64,000 nt of DNA from an uncultured Gemmatimonadales bacterium (GCA_963825055.1 CAWGSK010000003.1:39060-103059), one strand, 5' to 3'; counted from the stretch's first letter, positions 1 through 9,067 are shown. Made by a program: numbers and translations. The notes: a model not told the origin generated them from the sequence alone.

Positions 1-1579
1 CGATCAGGTCGCCTGACGGGCTGACGACGGGCGAGCTGTTCGACCCGCCGCCGGTCAGGCGAAGCGAGCGTCCCGTGTCGAGCTCGACGCTCCAGACCTG
101 GGAGACGGAGTCACCCACCGACACCACCGCCCGGTCTCCCGATGGAAACCACGCCAGGCCCCTGGCCGAGCCGGCGTTGGTGAGCACTGTCCTCGGTGAG
201 GCACCGTGCGCATCGGCCAGCAGGATGGATCCGTGGTCAGCCTGCGTCCGCGCCAGCACCCGGGTCCGCTCGGGCGACCGTACGGCTTCGGTCACCGCTG
301 GCAGCTGCCCGCCCAGCCGGGCGCGGAGGTCGGGCCGGGTGCTGAGGATCTCCAGGGCACGCCAGGCGCCATCCAGTTCGGCGGTCGCGAGGAGATCTCC
401 CACGCCGTGAACGATCAGCGTCGCTTCACTCCCTGAACGGGACCGGGCGATGACCGTTGCCCGGCCCAGGCCCTCGATCCGGATCCGGCCGGTCGAGTCC
501 GGCACCGCTACGGCGGCATTGCTCGTCCGCCAGGCGGCGATGTCCCCCCGGGACCCCTGTGCGGCGCCGAAGCGAGTGCTGAGGACCGCGCTCTCGCCCG
601 GGAGGAGCGCCAGGCTGCTCTCGCTGAATCCGAAACGCTCGTCCGCCACGCGCACGATCCAGGTCACCGTAGCCGGCCCGCTCCGGGCGATGAGGGTCGT
701 GATGCCGGGTTCGAGAGCCCGGGCTTCGCCCAGTGCCGGCTCGAAGCCGAGGACACTGGAATCCCCACTGATCCACTCGATCCTGGCCTCAGGCACCGGA
801 TTGCCCGAAGCGTCGAGCGCCACGGCGCTGAAAGGCGCGCGGCCCCTGAGAGGAAGCACGACCGGTTCCCGTCCAGCCGGAGGGGCGACCGCCAGTCCGC
901 GTACGGGCGCATGGACGATGACGGGAATCCGCGTGGAGTGGAGCGTGGTTCCCGCCTGCAGCGTGGTTCGCCCGGGACCCATGGCCTGTACGATTCCGGT
1001 GGGCCCGACCCGCAGGACCGCTGAGTCACCAGACATCCAGGTCATGCTGCGGCCCGTTTCCTCATCCGCCAGGGTGTCCAGTATGCCGGAGGCGAGGACC
1101 AGGGTATCGATCTGGAGGGGGTCCGCATACGGGATATCCGGCCGGGGGACGGGGTTCACGCGCACCGGTGTGCCCGGGGCGGATACTCCCACGGACACCG
1201 CGACGTCCGCCCGGACTCCACCGCCCTGGACCATGACCCGGGTCACTCCGGGCTCGACCCCCGTCACACCACCCTCCCCGTCCGCCCGGGCCACGGCGGT
1301 GTCCAGCGAGAGGTAGGTAAACACGATACCCCTCACCACCCGCCCATCCCCATCGAACACTGCCGGGAAGAGCCGCTGGCGCTCCCCCGGCGCAAGCCGG
1401 AGTTCGGAAGGGTTGGTGCGCAGCTCCGCCCCGGCCTGTGCCTGAAGGGCGCCGGCAAGGGTGAGGGCTGAGGTCAGCAGAGCAGCAATGCGAATGATCG
1501 ACCACCCGGGGGGAGAGACGTTCGAGCAACGTGCAAAGCCCGCGCCTCGGGAAGGGCCAGGGACAGTAGTTGGGCGCAT
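1..1579 (-). CDS. Secreted protein with Ig-like (Big_2-type) repeats and C-terminal TolB/PD40-like beta-propeller repeats; runs off the left edge
   Basis: Manual minus-strand translation: ...IRIAALLTSALTLAGALQAQ (signal peptide), PSELRLAPGERQRL...SLDTAVARADGEGGVTGVEPGVTRV (Ig-like), ...GLAWFPSGDRAV...LTGGGSNSSPVVSPSGD (PD40-like). Absent from the ORF track because its stop lies outside the window. Start could be ATG 1579 or further downstream. Confidence 0.75.
   Translation of the reverse strand, partial: MRPTTVPGPSRGAGFARCSNVSPPGWSIIRIAALLTSALTLAGALQAQAGAELRTNPSELRLAPGERQRLFPAVFDGDGRVVRGIVFTYLSLDTAVARADGEGGVTGVEPGVTRVMVQGGGVRADVAVSVGVSAPGTPVRVNPVPRPDIPYADPLQIDTLVLASGILDTLADEETGRSMTWMSGDSAVLRVGPTGIVQAMGPGRTTLQAGTTLHSTRIPVIVHAPVRGLAVAPPAGREPVVLPLRGRAPFSAVALDASGNPVPEARIEWISGDSSVLGFEPALGEARALEPGITTLIARSGPATVTWIVRVADERFGFSESSLALLPGESAVLSTRFGAAQGSRGDIAAWRTSNAAVAVPDSTGRIRIEGLGRATVIARSRSGSEATLIVHGVGDLLATAELDGAWRALEILSTRPDLRARLGGQLPAVTEAVRSPERTRVLARTQADHGSILLADAHGASPRTVLTNAGSARGLAWFPSGDRAVVSVGDSVSQVWSVELDTGRSLRLTGGGSNSSPVVSPSGDLI
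1532..1547 (-). promoter_or_regulatory. Candidate sigma54 -24/-12 promoter
   Basis: Minus strand AGGCGCGGGCTTTGCA = GG-N10-GC ending TTGCA. Confidence 0.4.
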
Positions 1580-1608
1580 TGAGTAGTTGTCTATGCTACT
1601 ACTTAGCA

Positions 1609-1621
1609 TAAGTCTTTGATC
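1609..1621 (-). promoter_or_regulatory. IHF-like binding site
   Basis: Minus strand GATCAAAGACTTA versus consensus WATCAANNNNTTR, in an AT-rich patch. Confidence 0.45.
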
Positions 1622-1656
1622 TGTAGCCGATTGGCGTGATGCCTCCGAGAGTAGCT

Positions 1657-1695
1657 GCGTGCCTGTCGCCTCAGCCCGTCTGGCGACACGCACGC
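1657..1695. repeat. Inverted repeat (possible operator/enhancer site or hairpin)
   Basis: GCGTGCCTGTCGCC-N11-GGCGACACGCACGC, 14-bp arms with one mismatch. Confidence 0.55.
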
Positions 1696-1782
1696 CCATG
1701 GTCTCTCTCTTCTCGCAATTCCCCCGGGACCATGCAGAGAACTGCGCAGAAGCCAGCCCGTCTTGCAGAAGTTCAGCGGATG

Positions 1783-1798
1783 TGCAAGTATATCGCCA
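1783..1798 (-). promoter_or_regulatory. Second candidate sigma54 -24/-12 promoter
   Basis: Minus strand TGGCGATATACTTGCA (TGGC...TTGCA, GG-N10-GC). Confidence 0.4.
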
Positions 1799-1866
1799 AT
1801 CCCGTTTGCATCACTCCGCACCACCCGCGCGGCGGGGAACGCCGCCCAGAGCGCCTGGAGGGTATG

Positions 1867-2361
1867 ATGGCCATGAGTGACCTCGAGATGGGCTGGTCGG
1901 GATCGGGCTGGATGGATCCCTCACCCGTTCAGCGGGAGCCGGAACCTCCTTTCGCTCCGATCAATGTTCCGCCACCAAGCGCTCCACCACCGCCAGCTCC
2001 GGTCGCCGAACAGGCCCGGAAGAGCGCCACCGTGAAACGCAAGCCGAGCGGGCCGAAGAAGAAGGCGGCGAAGAAAAAGACCGTGAAGAAGGCGGTGAAG
2101 AAGAAAGCCGCAAAGAAGAAGGCGGCGAAAAAGAAGAAGGCCACGAAGAAGAAGGCCACCAGGAAGAAAGCGGTGAAACGCCGGCCCGCGAAGAAGGCCG
2201 CGCGGCGGAAGCCCGCCCGGAAAAAGGCGACGAAGAAGAAAGCGACGAAGAGAAAGGCAGCCAGGAAGGCCCCACGGCGCCGTGCCACAAAGAAGGCAGC
2301 GCGGAAGAAGACCACCCGCCGGCCGGCAAGGAAGAAGACGGCCGCAAGGAAAAAGAAGTAG
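1867..2361 (+). CDS. Histone H1-like Lys/Ala/Arg-rich basic protein
   Basis: KKAAKKK/KKATKKK/RKPARKK repeats after a Pro-rich N-terminus. GGAGG just upstream of ATGs at 1864/1867 (1873 also possible). Followed by a terminator. Confidence 0.8.
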   Translation: MAMSDLEMGWSGSGWMDPSPVQREPEPPFAPINVPPPSAPPPPAPVAEQARKSATVKRKPSGPKKKAAKKKTVKKAVKKKAAKKKAAKKKKATKKKATRKKAVKRRPAKKAARRKPARKKATKKKATKRKAARKAPRRRATKKAARKKTTRRPARKKTAARKKK

Positions 2362-2371
2362 CAGGATCGAG

Positions 2372-2394
2372 CGGCGCCCCTCGAAGGGGCGCCG
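2372..2394. terminator. Intrinsic terminator hairpin between convergent genes
   Basis: CGGCGCCCCT-CGA-AGGGGCGCCG followed by TTT. Confidence 0.75.
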
Positions 2395-2399
2395 TTTCG

Positions 2400-3176
2400 T
2401 CATCGGGCCGCGGTTCTTCCCAACCGCTCCTGGGCCAGCCGGGCGAGCCAGCGGGCCAGTGTCGCGGGCGAGGGCGTCCGGAAGCGGGCTGCGGTCGGCC
2501 GGCGCCCCACAAGGATCGTCGTTCCCTTCCGGAGCGCACGGAAGGCATCCTCGTCGGTCGTGTCGTCGCCGGCATAGAGAATTTCCGGTCCGGGTGGCCG
2601 GCCGTCGAGCCAGCGCAGCACCGCTTCACCCTTGTGGATGCCCGAGAACCGCACGTCAATCACGCGCCGCCCGGTGAGCGCCGCGATCTCCCTGTCCCCG
2701 GCAGTGCGAAGGGTCCACCCGGCCAGCTCCCGGGCTTCCCGATGGTCGAGCCGGTGATGAATGGCTGCGGAGAGCCCCTTGTGTTCCAGCCGGGCCCCGG
2801 GCCAGTCGCGATGGAGTGCCGCGCCCAGGCGTTCCACCACCCGCCCCATCCGGCCGGCATCGCCCGCGATCCAGGGTTCCAGACCGCCATCCCGGAGAAT
2901 CTCCCCACCATGGTTACCCAGGATCGCATCGGCGATGGGCCCGGCGACCATGGCGGCTCCTTCAGCGGAGCGCCCCGAGACCAGCACGACCTCGCACCCG
3001 CGCCGCCGGAGCAGCCGGATCGTCGCGCGGGTTCCGGCCGGCACCCGGGCCCGGTCCGGCCGGTCAACGATGGGCGCGAGGGTTCCATCCACGTCCAGGA
3101 AGAGGACCGGGCGCTCCGCCCGGGCGAGATGCTGCCGCGCCGACCGTCCCTGCCTTCCGGAGAGCGGCCCGGTCAC
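2400..3176 (-). CDS. otsB: Trehalose-6-phosphate phosphatase
   Basis: HAD motifs LFLDVDGTL, GNHG, KG, GDDTTDEDAF. Overlaps the otsA stop (GTGA). Confidence 0.92.
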   Translation of the reverse strand: MTGPLSGRQGRSARQHLARAERPVLFLDVDGTLAPIVDRPDRARVPAGTRATIRLLRRRGCEVVLVSGRSAEGAAMVAGPIADAILGNHGGEILRDGGLEPWIAGDAGRMGRVVERLGAALHRDWPGARLEHKGLSAAIHHRLDHREARELAGWTLRTAGDREIAALTGRRVIDVRFSGIHKGEAVLRWLDGRPPGPEILYAGDDTTDEDAFRALRKGTTILVGRRPTAARFRTPSPATLARWLARLAQERLGRTAAR

Positions 3177-4639
3177 CGTTTGCGGGCCTTGCGCAGCTTC
3201 TCCACGTCGGTGAAGACCGCGCGGACCCAGTCGTAGATGGTGTGGGAGTGGAGCTGGCGTCGCATCGCGGCCAGACGGACCCGGCGCTCACGCGGACTCA
3301 TGTCCAGGGCGGCCTTGATGGACCGGGCCATCCCACCGGCATCGTACGGGTTGATGATGACGGCGCCGCTCATCTCCTCGGCCGCCCCGGCGAACCGGGA
3401 CAACAGCAGCGCCCCGGTGCCCTCCACCTGCGCGGCCACAAACTCCTTGGCCACCAGGTTCATCCCGTCCTGGAGGCTGCTCACAAGGCAGACATCGGCC
3501 GCGCGGTAGTACGCCGCGAGCGTATCGGCATCCAGGTTGTCGCGGATCAGGACCACTGGCTGCCAGCGTTCCGTTTCGTATTTCCGGTTGAGCTTGCGGG
3601 CCATGGATACCACCGACCGCTCCAGCGCGCGATAGGAGCCGATCGCCAGCCGGGAGGGAACCGCGATCTGCACCAGCGTCACCTTGCCCCTGAGTGCCGG
3701 CTCTTCCTCCAGGAGTCGGCCAAAGGCGTTGAAACGCCTGGGAATGCCCTTGCTGTAGTCGATCCGGTCTACGCCCAGGAGGATTCGCCCGCGCGGCGCG
3801 AGGGTGCGCCGGATCCGCCGGGCCGCTTCCACCACGGGCTGGGAGGCCGCGAGTTCCTCGAACTGCTGGACGTCAATCGAGATCGGATGCGCCCGCACCG
3901 CCGTCGCGTGGCCGGCGAACGTCACCGATCCGGCCTCGAGATCAACCTCCGCGCCGGACAGGAACTCTGCGACCGACGACAGGAAATTCACCACGTAGCG
4001 CTCAGTCTGGAATACGAGCAGGTCATTTCCGAGGAGCCCCCGGATGAGGCGCCGGGCGACGGGCAGCGCCCGCAGGACATCGGCGGGCGGCCAGGGGATG
4101 TGCCAGAACTGGTGGATGAACATCTTCGTCCGGCGGCGCAGCACCTGGGCGGCGAGTCCGAAGTGGTAGTCCTGGATCCAGACGGTGGCATCGTCGTCGC
4201 CCGCGACCTCCTCCACCGCGTGAGCGAAGCGGTGATTCACCTTTCGATACACTTCCCAGTGGTCATAATCAAAACTGAAGTGATTGAACTGGAGGTGGCA
4301 GAGAGGCCAGAGCGCCCGGTTGGCGATCTCGACATAATAGGACTGGACTTCATCCGGCGTGAGCCGGACCCGCCTCAGGGAATAGGCCTCGGTCTCCGGG
4401 GGAACGCGGACCTCGTCGTTCCCGTCGGTCACGTCGAAGTCGGCTGACCCGCTGCCCCAGGCCACCCAGCACCCCCCCGCCGACTCCATGAGCGGCTGCA
4501 GGGCCGAGGTCAGCCCGCCGGCCGGTCGCGAAACGGTGACCTCGCCGCCCTTCGACTTCTGGTGCTCGAATGGCTCCCGGTTACTCAGGAGAATCAGCCG
4601 GCCCGGTCCGGAGTACTTGTACTGCTTGCTATTATTCAT
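3173..4639 (-). CDS. otsA: Trehalose-6-phosphate synthase (GT20)
   Basis: SNREP, AGGL, WIQDYH, HIPWP, GVDRIDYSKG, DGMNLVAKEF. Start refined to ATG 4639 with GGAG upstream. Confidence 0.95.
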   Translation of the reverse strand: MNNSKQYKYSGPGRLILLSNREPFEHQKSKGGEVTVSRPAGGLTSALQPLMESAGGCWVAWGSGSADFDVTDGNDEVRVPPETEAYSLRRVRLTPDEVQSYYVEIANRALWPLCHLQFNHFSFDYDHWEVYRKVNHRFAHAVEEVAGDDDATVWIQDYHFGLAAQVLRRRTKMFIHQFWHIPWPPADVLRALPVARRLIRGLLGNDLLVFQTERYVVNFLSSVAEFLSGAEVDLEAGSVTFAGHATAVRAHPISIDVQQFEELAASQPVVEAARRIRRTLAPRGRILLGVDRIDYSKGIPRRFNAFGRLLEEEPALRGKVTLVQIAVPSRLAIGSYRALERSVVSMARKLNRKYETERWQPVVLIRDNLDADTLAAYYRAADVCLVSSLQDGMNLVAKEFVAAQVEGTGALLLSRFAGAAEEMSGAVIINPYDAGGMARSIKAALDMSPRERRVRLAAMRRQLHSHTIYDWVRAVFTDVEKLRKARKR

Positions 4640-4863
4640 TAGTCTCGACTCTCCATTCCGATGCGCCGGCGTGCAACTGCTGGCACTGTCAACATAAACC
4701 CTCCGGAAACGCTGCCGCGGCAACTCATGACACACCGTATTCTCGCTCAGGTGGTCCTGCTTGCCACCGGCCGGTCGGGTGGCCTCGAGGTGTTCCCGTC
4801 CGATTACGCACCGGAGGGGCAATCAACCTTCATGGCTCGAAGACGAGCGATGGCTCATCCTGC

Positions 4864-6237
4864 ATGACCATTCGTCGAGCGACTGAACTCGCGGTGGCCG
4901 TCGCAATCGCAGCCGGCCTCCTGGCCGGCTGCCGCGAAGGTCCGCCGGAACGGATCGCCCTCATCGGGGCCACGGTCATCGACGGGTCGGGTGGCCCCGA
5001 GCTGGACGATGCGATCGTGATCCTGCACGGGAGCGAGATCGAGACGGTCGCGGCCCGGGAGGGATTCGAGATCCCGCGCCATACCCGGCAGATCGACGTT
5101 ACCGGCAAGTGGATCATGCCGGGCATGATCGATGCCCACGCGCACACCGGCCGCTGGGCCCTGGCCCGGTACCTCGGCTGGGGCGTCACCAGCCTGCGGG
5201 ACGTGCACGGGCAGCACGACTCGATCTTCCAGCTCCGCGATGACGTGAACCTGGGTTCGATTCCCGGCCCCCGCATGTTCATCGCCGGCTCCATGATTGA
5301 CGGCGCCCCGGCCACCTGGCCCGATGCCAGCGAGGTGACAACAGGGCCGGACGCCCGCCGGGTCGTGGATGCGCTCGCGGTGGACGGCGCGGATTTCATC
5401 AAGACGTACACGCGCATCACCCCGGAGCTGATGGAGCCCCTGGTGGACGAGGCGAGTGCCCTCCAGCTCCGGGTCACCGCCCACCTTGGCCTGACCGACG
5501 CCATCCGTGCCGCGACCATTGGCGTACGCGCGATTGAACACATGAGCGGCGTCCCCGAAGCGTCGCTCGCCAACCCGGCGCCGCTCTTCGCGGCGCACCG
5601 CCGTTCGTTCTTCGAGGGGTGGACCGCGTTCGAGACCGCCTGGGCAGGCATTGACTCCACGACGCTTTCCCGGGTGGCCGGCCGCCTGGCCACTGACCGG
5701 ATATTCCTTATCCCGACCCTGGTCCTGCACGACACGTACAGCCGGCTGGACGAGAAGGATCTCTACCAGAGCCCCGACCTGGCGGCCGTGCCGGATTCCA
5801 TCCAGCGCACCTGGGACGTGGCCGGCATGGTGCAGCGGGCCGGGTGGACCGAGCAGGACTTCGTGAATTTCCGTGCGAGCCGGGCCAAACAGGACCTCTT
5901 CCTCCGCGAGTTCATCCGGCAGGGCGGCATCGTGGCCGCCGGCACGGATGCCGCCAACCAGATGCTGATCCCCGGCCTGTCCGAGCACCGCGAGCTGGAA
6001 CTGCTGGTCCAGGCCGGGGTGCCCCCGCGCGATGCCCTGCTGACGGCCACCCGCAACGCTGCCCGCCTCCTCGGCGCCGACTCCCTCGGGGTCCTGGCCC
6101 CCGGCCGCGCCGCAGACCTGCTGGTGCTTTCCCGCAATCCGCTCGAGGACATCCGCAACACCCGCTCGATCGAGCTGGTCGTACTGCGGGGGCTGGTGAT
6201 GTCGGCGGACAGCATCCGGCAGGGGTGGGCCCGGTAA
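4864..6237 (+). CDS. Amidohydrolase-family metallo-hydrolase, probable lipoprotein
   Basis: PGMIDAHAH, AGTDA, G-LAPGRAADLLVL; lipobox LLAGC. Confidence 0.85.
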   Translation: MTIRRATELAVAVAIAAGLLAGCREGPPERIALIGATVIDGSGGPELDDAIVILHGSEIETVAAREGFEIPRHTRQIDVTGKWIMPGMIDAHAHTGRWALARYLGWGVTSLRDVHGQHDSIFQLRDDVNLGSIPGPRMFIAGSMIDGAPATWPDASEVTTGPDARRVVDALAVDGADFIKTYTRITPELMEPLVDEASALQLRVTAHLGLTDAIRAATIGVRAIEHMSGVPEASLANPAPLFAAHRRSFFEGWTAFETAWAGIDSTTLSRVAGRLATDRIFLIPTLVLHDTYSRLDEKDLYQSPDLAAVPDSIQRTWDVAGMVQRAGWTEQDFVNFRASRAKQDLFLREFIRQGGIVAAGTDAANQMLIPGLSEHRELELLVQAGVPPRDALLTATRNAARLLGADSLGVLAPGRAADLLVLSRNPLEDIRNTRSIELVVLRGLVMSADSIRQGWAR

Positions 6238-6239
6238 TG

Positions 6240-6348
6240 GTGAGTAGTGAGTAGTGCCTGGGGGGCAGGTGTCGAGGTTGAGTGGGCTGGACTCCCTCCT
6301 TTTCGGCCGTAATCTGCCTTGAAGCACTAATCACTACTCACTACTCAC
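6240..6348. repeat. Inverted heptamer-repeat arms
   Basis: GTGAGTA GTGAGTA GTGC (6240-6257) ... GCACTAA TCACTAC TCACTAC TCAC (6324-6348). Confidence 0.85.
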
Positions 6349-6376
6349 TGGTGCCTTCTTCCACCCCGGACTCCCC

Positions 6377-7444
6377 ATGTCTCCCACTCCCGACCAGCGC
6401 CCCTCCATCCGGCTCAGTTCGCTCAGCCACGGCGCCGGCTGAGCCTGCAAGCTCGGCGCGGCCGAACTGACGCAGGTCCTGCGTCACCTGCCCCCCATCG
6501 TTGATCCCCGGGTCCTGGCCGACGCCTCGAACCGGGACGATGCGGCTGTCTACCGCATCGCCGACGACCGGGCCCTGGTCGCAACCGTGGATTTCTTTAC
6601 TCCCATCGTGGACGCGCCGGACGACTGGGGCCGAATCGCCGCGGCCAATGCCCTGAGCGATGTGTATGCCATGGGCGCGACGCCGCTCTTTGCGCTCTCC
6701 ATGGTAGGCTGGCCGCGCGACGTGTTGCCGTTCGACATGCTGGGAGAGGTGATGCGGGGCGCCGCCGAGGTTACCACTCGCGCCGGCTGCCTGCTGGTCG
6801 GCGGGCATTCTGTGGATGACCCGGAGCCCAAGTTCGGGCTGTGTGTCATCGGCGAGGCGCATCCCGCGCGCCTGTGGACCAACGATGGGGCCCGGCCCGG
6901 TGACGTCCTCGTGCTCACCAAGCCGATTGGTACGGGCATCCTCACCACCGCCCTCAAGCGCGGCCGCCTCGATGAGGCCGCGCTTTCCCAGGCGATCCGC
7001 GTGATGGCGGCCCTGAACGACGCCGCAGCCCAGGCGGGGCATGAACACGCTGTCCGCGCCGCGACGGATGTCACCGGGTTCGGCCTGCTGGGCCACCTCG
7101 GCAACATTCTCCGCGCCAGCGGCGTGGGTGCCGACCTCGTCTTCGAGGCAATCCCCCTGCTGGCCGGGGCGATGGGTCTGGCGCGGGAGGGCTTCATCCC
7201 CGGCGGGAGCGAGCGGAACCTCGCGTCCGCCGCGGGGACGGACTGGGGCGACCTGGACGACGTCGAGCGGCTGCTCTGCTGCGATGCCCAGACGAGTGGC
7301 GGGCTGCTGCTGTGCGTCGCCCCGGACGAGGCGGCGGGGCTCGTCGCATCGCTGACCCGCCGGGGCACGCCGGCGGCGGCCATCATCGGGCGGATTACCT
7401 ACCATCCGGACCGGATTCGTGTCCGTCGCCGGGGGGAAACCTGA
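6377..7444 (+). CDS. selD: Selenide, water dikinase (selenophosphate synthetase), selenocysteine form (TGA at 6440-6442)
   Basis: MSPTPDQRPSIRLSSLSHGAG-TGA-ACKLG...DDAAVY...TVDFFTPIVD, NALSDVYAMG, GGHS, TDVTGFGLLGH, DAQTSGGLL. The TGA sits at the catalytic Cys/Sec position of the G-(C/U)-x-C-K motif. Confidence 0.95.
6468..6486 (+). promoter_or_regulatory. Putative bacterial SECIS element
   Basis: TGACGCAG-GTC-CTGCGTCA, a perfect 8-bp stem with G-starting loop, 25 nt after the Sec TGA. Resembles the GCAGGUCUGC apical stem-loop of E. coli fdhF SECIS. Confidence 0.7.
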
Positions 7445-7668
7445 TGGGGCGCTACCGCTGGACGGCCCAGCGCATGGACCAGCTCGAGCGCGCGGTGCGC
7501 GACGGGCGCCGGGTCGCCCTCAACCGGCGAGGCACCGAGTATGTCGTGACCGCCCGGCGCCTCACCACGGTGCGGCAGCGTGACGCGCTCGTCGGCCACC
7601 TTCCCATGACCGGCGAAGAGGAAGTGTTCATGCTGGATGATCTCGACGCATTCCAGGTGGTCGACTAG
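7444..7668 (+). CDS. Small hypothetical protein (74 aa)
   Basis: TGATG coupling with the selD stop; MGRYRWTAQRMDQLERAVRDGRRVALNRRGTEYVV... Confidence 0.7.
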   Translation: MGRYRWTAQRMDQLERAVRDGRRVALNRRGTEYVVTARRLTTVRQRDALVGHLPMTGEEEVFMLDDLDAFQVVD

Positions 7669-7747
7669 GCCTCCGCCTGTTTCAATGCTGATGCAGCCCG
7701 CCGCGCCTCCGTGGTTCAAACCGCTGGACTCCCACTATCTTTCCCCC

Positions 7748-8404
7748 GTGTCCAGCATCGCCTCCACCATCATCCTGCACCTCGATGAAAGCTGCCTCGG
7801 TAATGGCCGCGAGGGGGACAATCCCGGCGGCGCCGGCGGCCTCGTGGAGGTGCGCAAGGCCGACGGGATTGCCCGGCGGGACTTCGCCATCCACTCGACG
7901 GCGACCACCAATAACCGCATGGCCATCGCCAGCGCCCTGACGGCACTCGAACTCCTGAGTACCGGTCGGACCGAACGGACCGTGCTCATCGTCTCCGACT
8001 CGCAGTACCTGATCCGGGGCATGCGGGAATGGGTCCCGGGGTGGGTGTCACGCGGATGGACCCGCAAGGGGGGGCCGATCGAGAATCTCGAGCTGTGGCA
8101 GGCACTGTACGTGGCCGCACGGGCCCGGCGGGTGCGCTGGACCTGGGTGCGCGGCCACGCGAAACACCCGAAGAACGAGTATGCGAATGACCTCGCCGTC
8201 GGCGCCGCCACCAGCCAGCGATCCACCAGCGGCCTCGAGGAGTCCGGGTTCCCGGGGTGGCTCGACCACGAGCGCGGGCGGAAGCGGTATCTGGATTATG
8301 ACCCGGACCGCGCGTACGACGTGCTGGACCGTCTGCTCCGTGAGGACCGGGATGTGCCCCTGAACCTCGACCTGGTCGAGTCGGCGCGCGCCGCGGGGGC
8401 CTGA
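7748..8404 (+). CDS. rnhA: Ribonuclease HI with C-terminal extension
   Basis: LDESCLGN, TTNNRM, SDSQYL, W--RGW, NLELWQ, WVRGH...NEYANDLA. Confidence 0.88.
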   Translation: MSSIASTIILHLDESCLGNGREGDNPGGAGGLVEVRKADGIARRDFAIHSTATTNNRMAIASALTALELLSTGRTERTVLIVSDSQYLIRGMREWVPGWVSRGWTRKGGPIENLELWQALYVAARARRVRWTWVRGHAKHPKNEYANDLAVGAATSQRSTSGLEESGFPGWLDHERGRKRYLDYDPDRAYDVLDRLLREDRDVPLNLDLVESARAAGA

Positions 8405-8406
8405 CC

Positions 8407-9057
8407 ATGGACGATCTCGCCCACTTCGTGCGCGCCCTGGCCCTTGCGACCCGGCCCCATTCCCGGCCGGGCCAGTCCGTTGAACTCGGGGACATTGCCG
8501 GAACCATCCTGCCGTACCGTACCCATCGCGACGCGCTCGACCTGGCCAGCATCGAGGACTACGATGCGATGCTGGTCCGTCTTGCCGCGGGAGAGGGTGG
8601 CTATGCGACAACGGAGCCGGCCGATGCCGCGGGTGCTTTTCGCGCCCAGGCCGGCTCCCCCAATCCGGACCTGGACATCGTCCGGTCGCTTGGCGCGACC
8701 CGGCTCGTCCTGACCGCCGCGGCCTGGCGGCTCCTGGAGGCGGAACCCGGCAGCGACTACGCGCCGCCCGCCCCGGCTGAGGCACCCATGGCCCCAGAGC
8801 CGCCGCCGGAGCCACCCGCGGGCCCGGATCGGTCACCCCCGTTCATCATTGCCCCCGATGAACTGGAGCGGATATCGCCGGACGATCCGGACGGACCAGC
8901 CTGCGAATTCTGCGGTGGCAGGCTTCCTGAGGGCCGGGTCGTGAGCTACTGCCCCCACTGCGGCCAGAGCCAGTCCCAGCCCCACTGCCCCGCATGCGGG
9001 CAGGACATCGAACCCGCCTGGCACCACTGCGTCGCGTGCGGCCAGCGCCTGATGTGA
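8407..9057 (+). CDS. Hypothetical protein with C-terminal double zinc ribbon
   Basis: CEFC, CPHC, CPAC, CVAC at the C-terminus after a Pro-rich linker. Confidence 0.8.
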   Translation: MDDLAHFVRALALATRPHSRPGQSVELGDIAGTILPYRTHRDALDLASIEDYDAMLVRLAAGEGGYATTEPADAAGAFRAQAGSPNPDLDIVRSLGATRLVLTAAAWRLLEAEPGSDYAPPAPAEAPMAPEPPPEPPAGPDRSPPFIIAPDELERISPDDPDGPACEFCGGRLPEGRVVSYCPHCGQSQSQPHCPACGQDIEPAWHHCVACGQRLM

Positions 9058-9067
9058 GGTTCCCGGG

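Noticed and set aside
1580..1866. tRNA, riboswitch or known ncRNA in the largest intergenic gaps (also 24614-24888 and 30677-30884)
   Set aside because: No cloverleaf, T-loop or recognisable riboswitch consensus by eye; an Rfam/Infernal scan would be needed to exclude them.
1929..2315. Phe/Ala-rich minus-strand 'membrane protein'
   Set aside because: It is the antisense reading of the Lys-rich histone-like gene.
6377..7444. selD as a nonsense-mutated pseudogene
   Set aside because: The only stop is a TGA at the catalytic Cys/Sec position, followed by a SECIS-like stem; the rest of the gene is intact.
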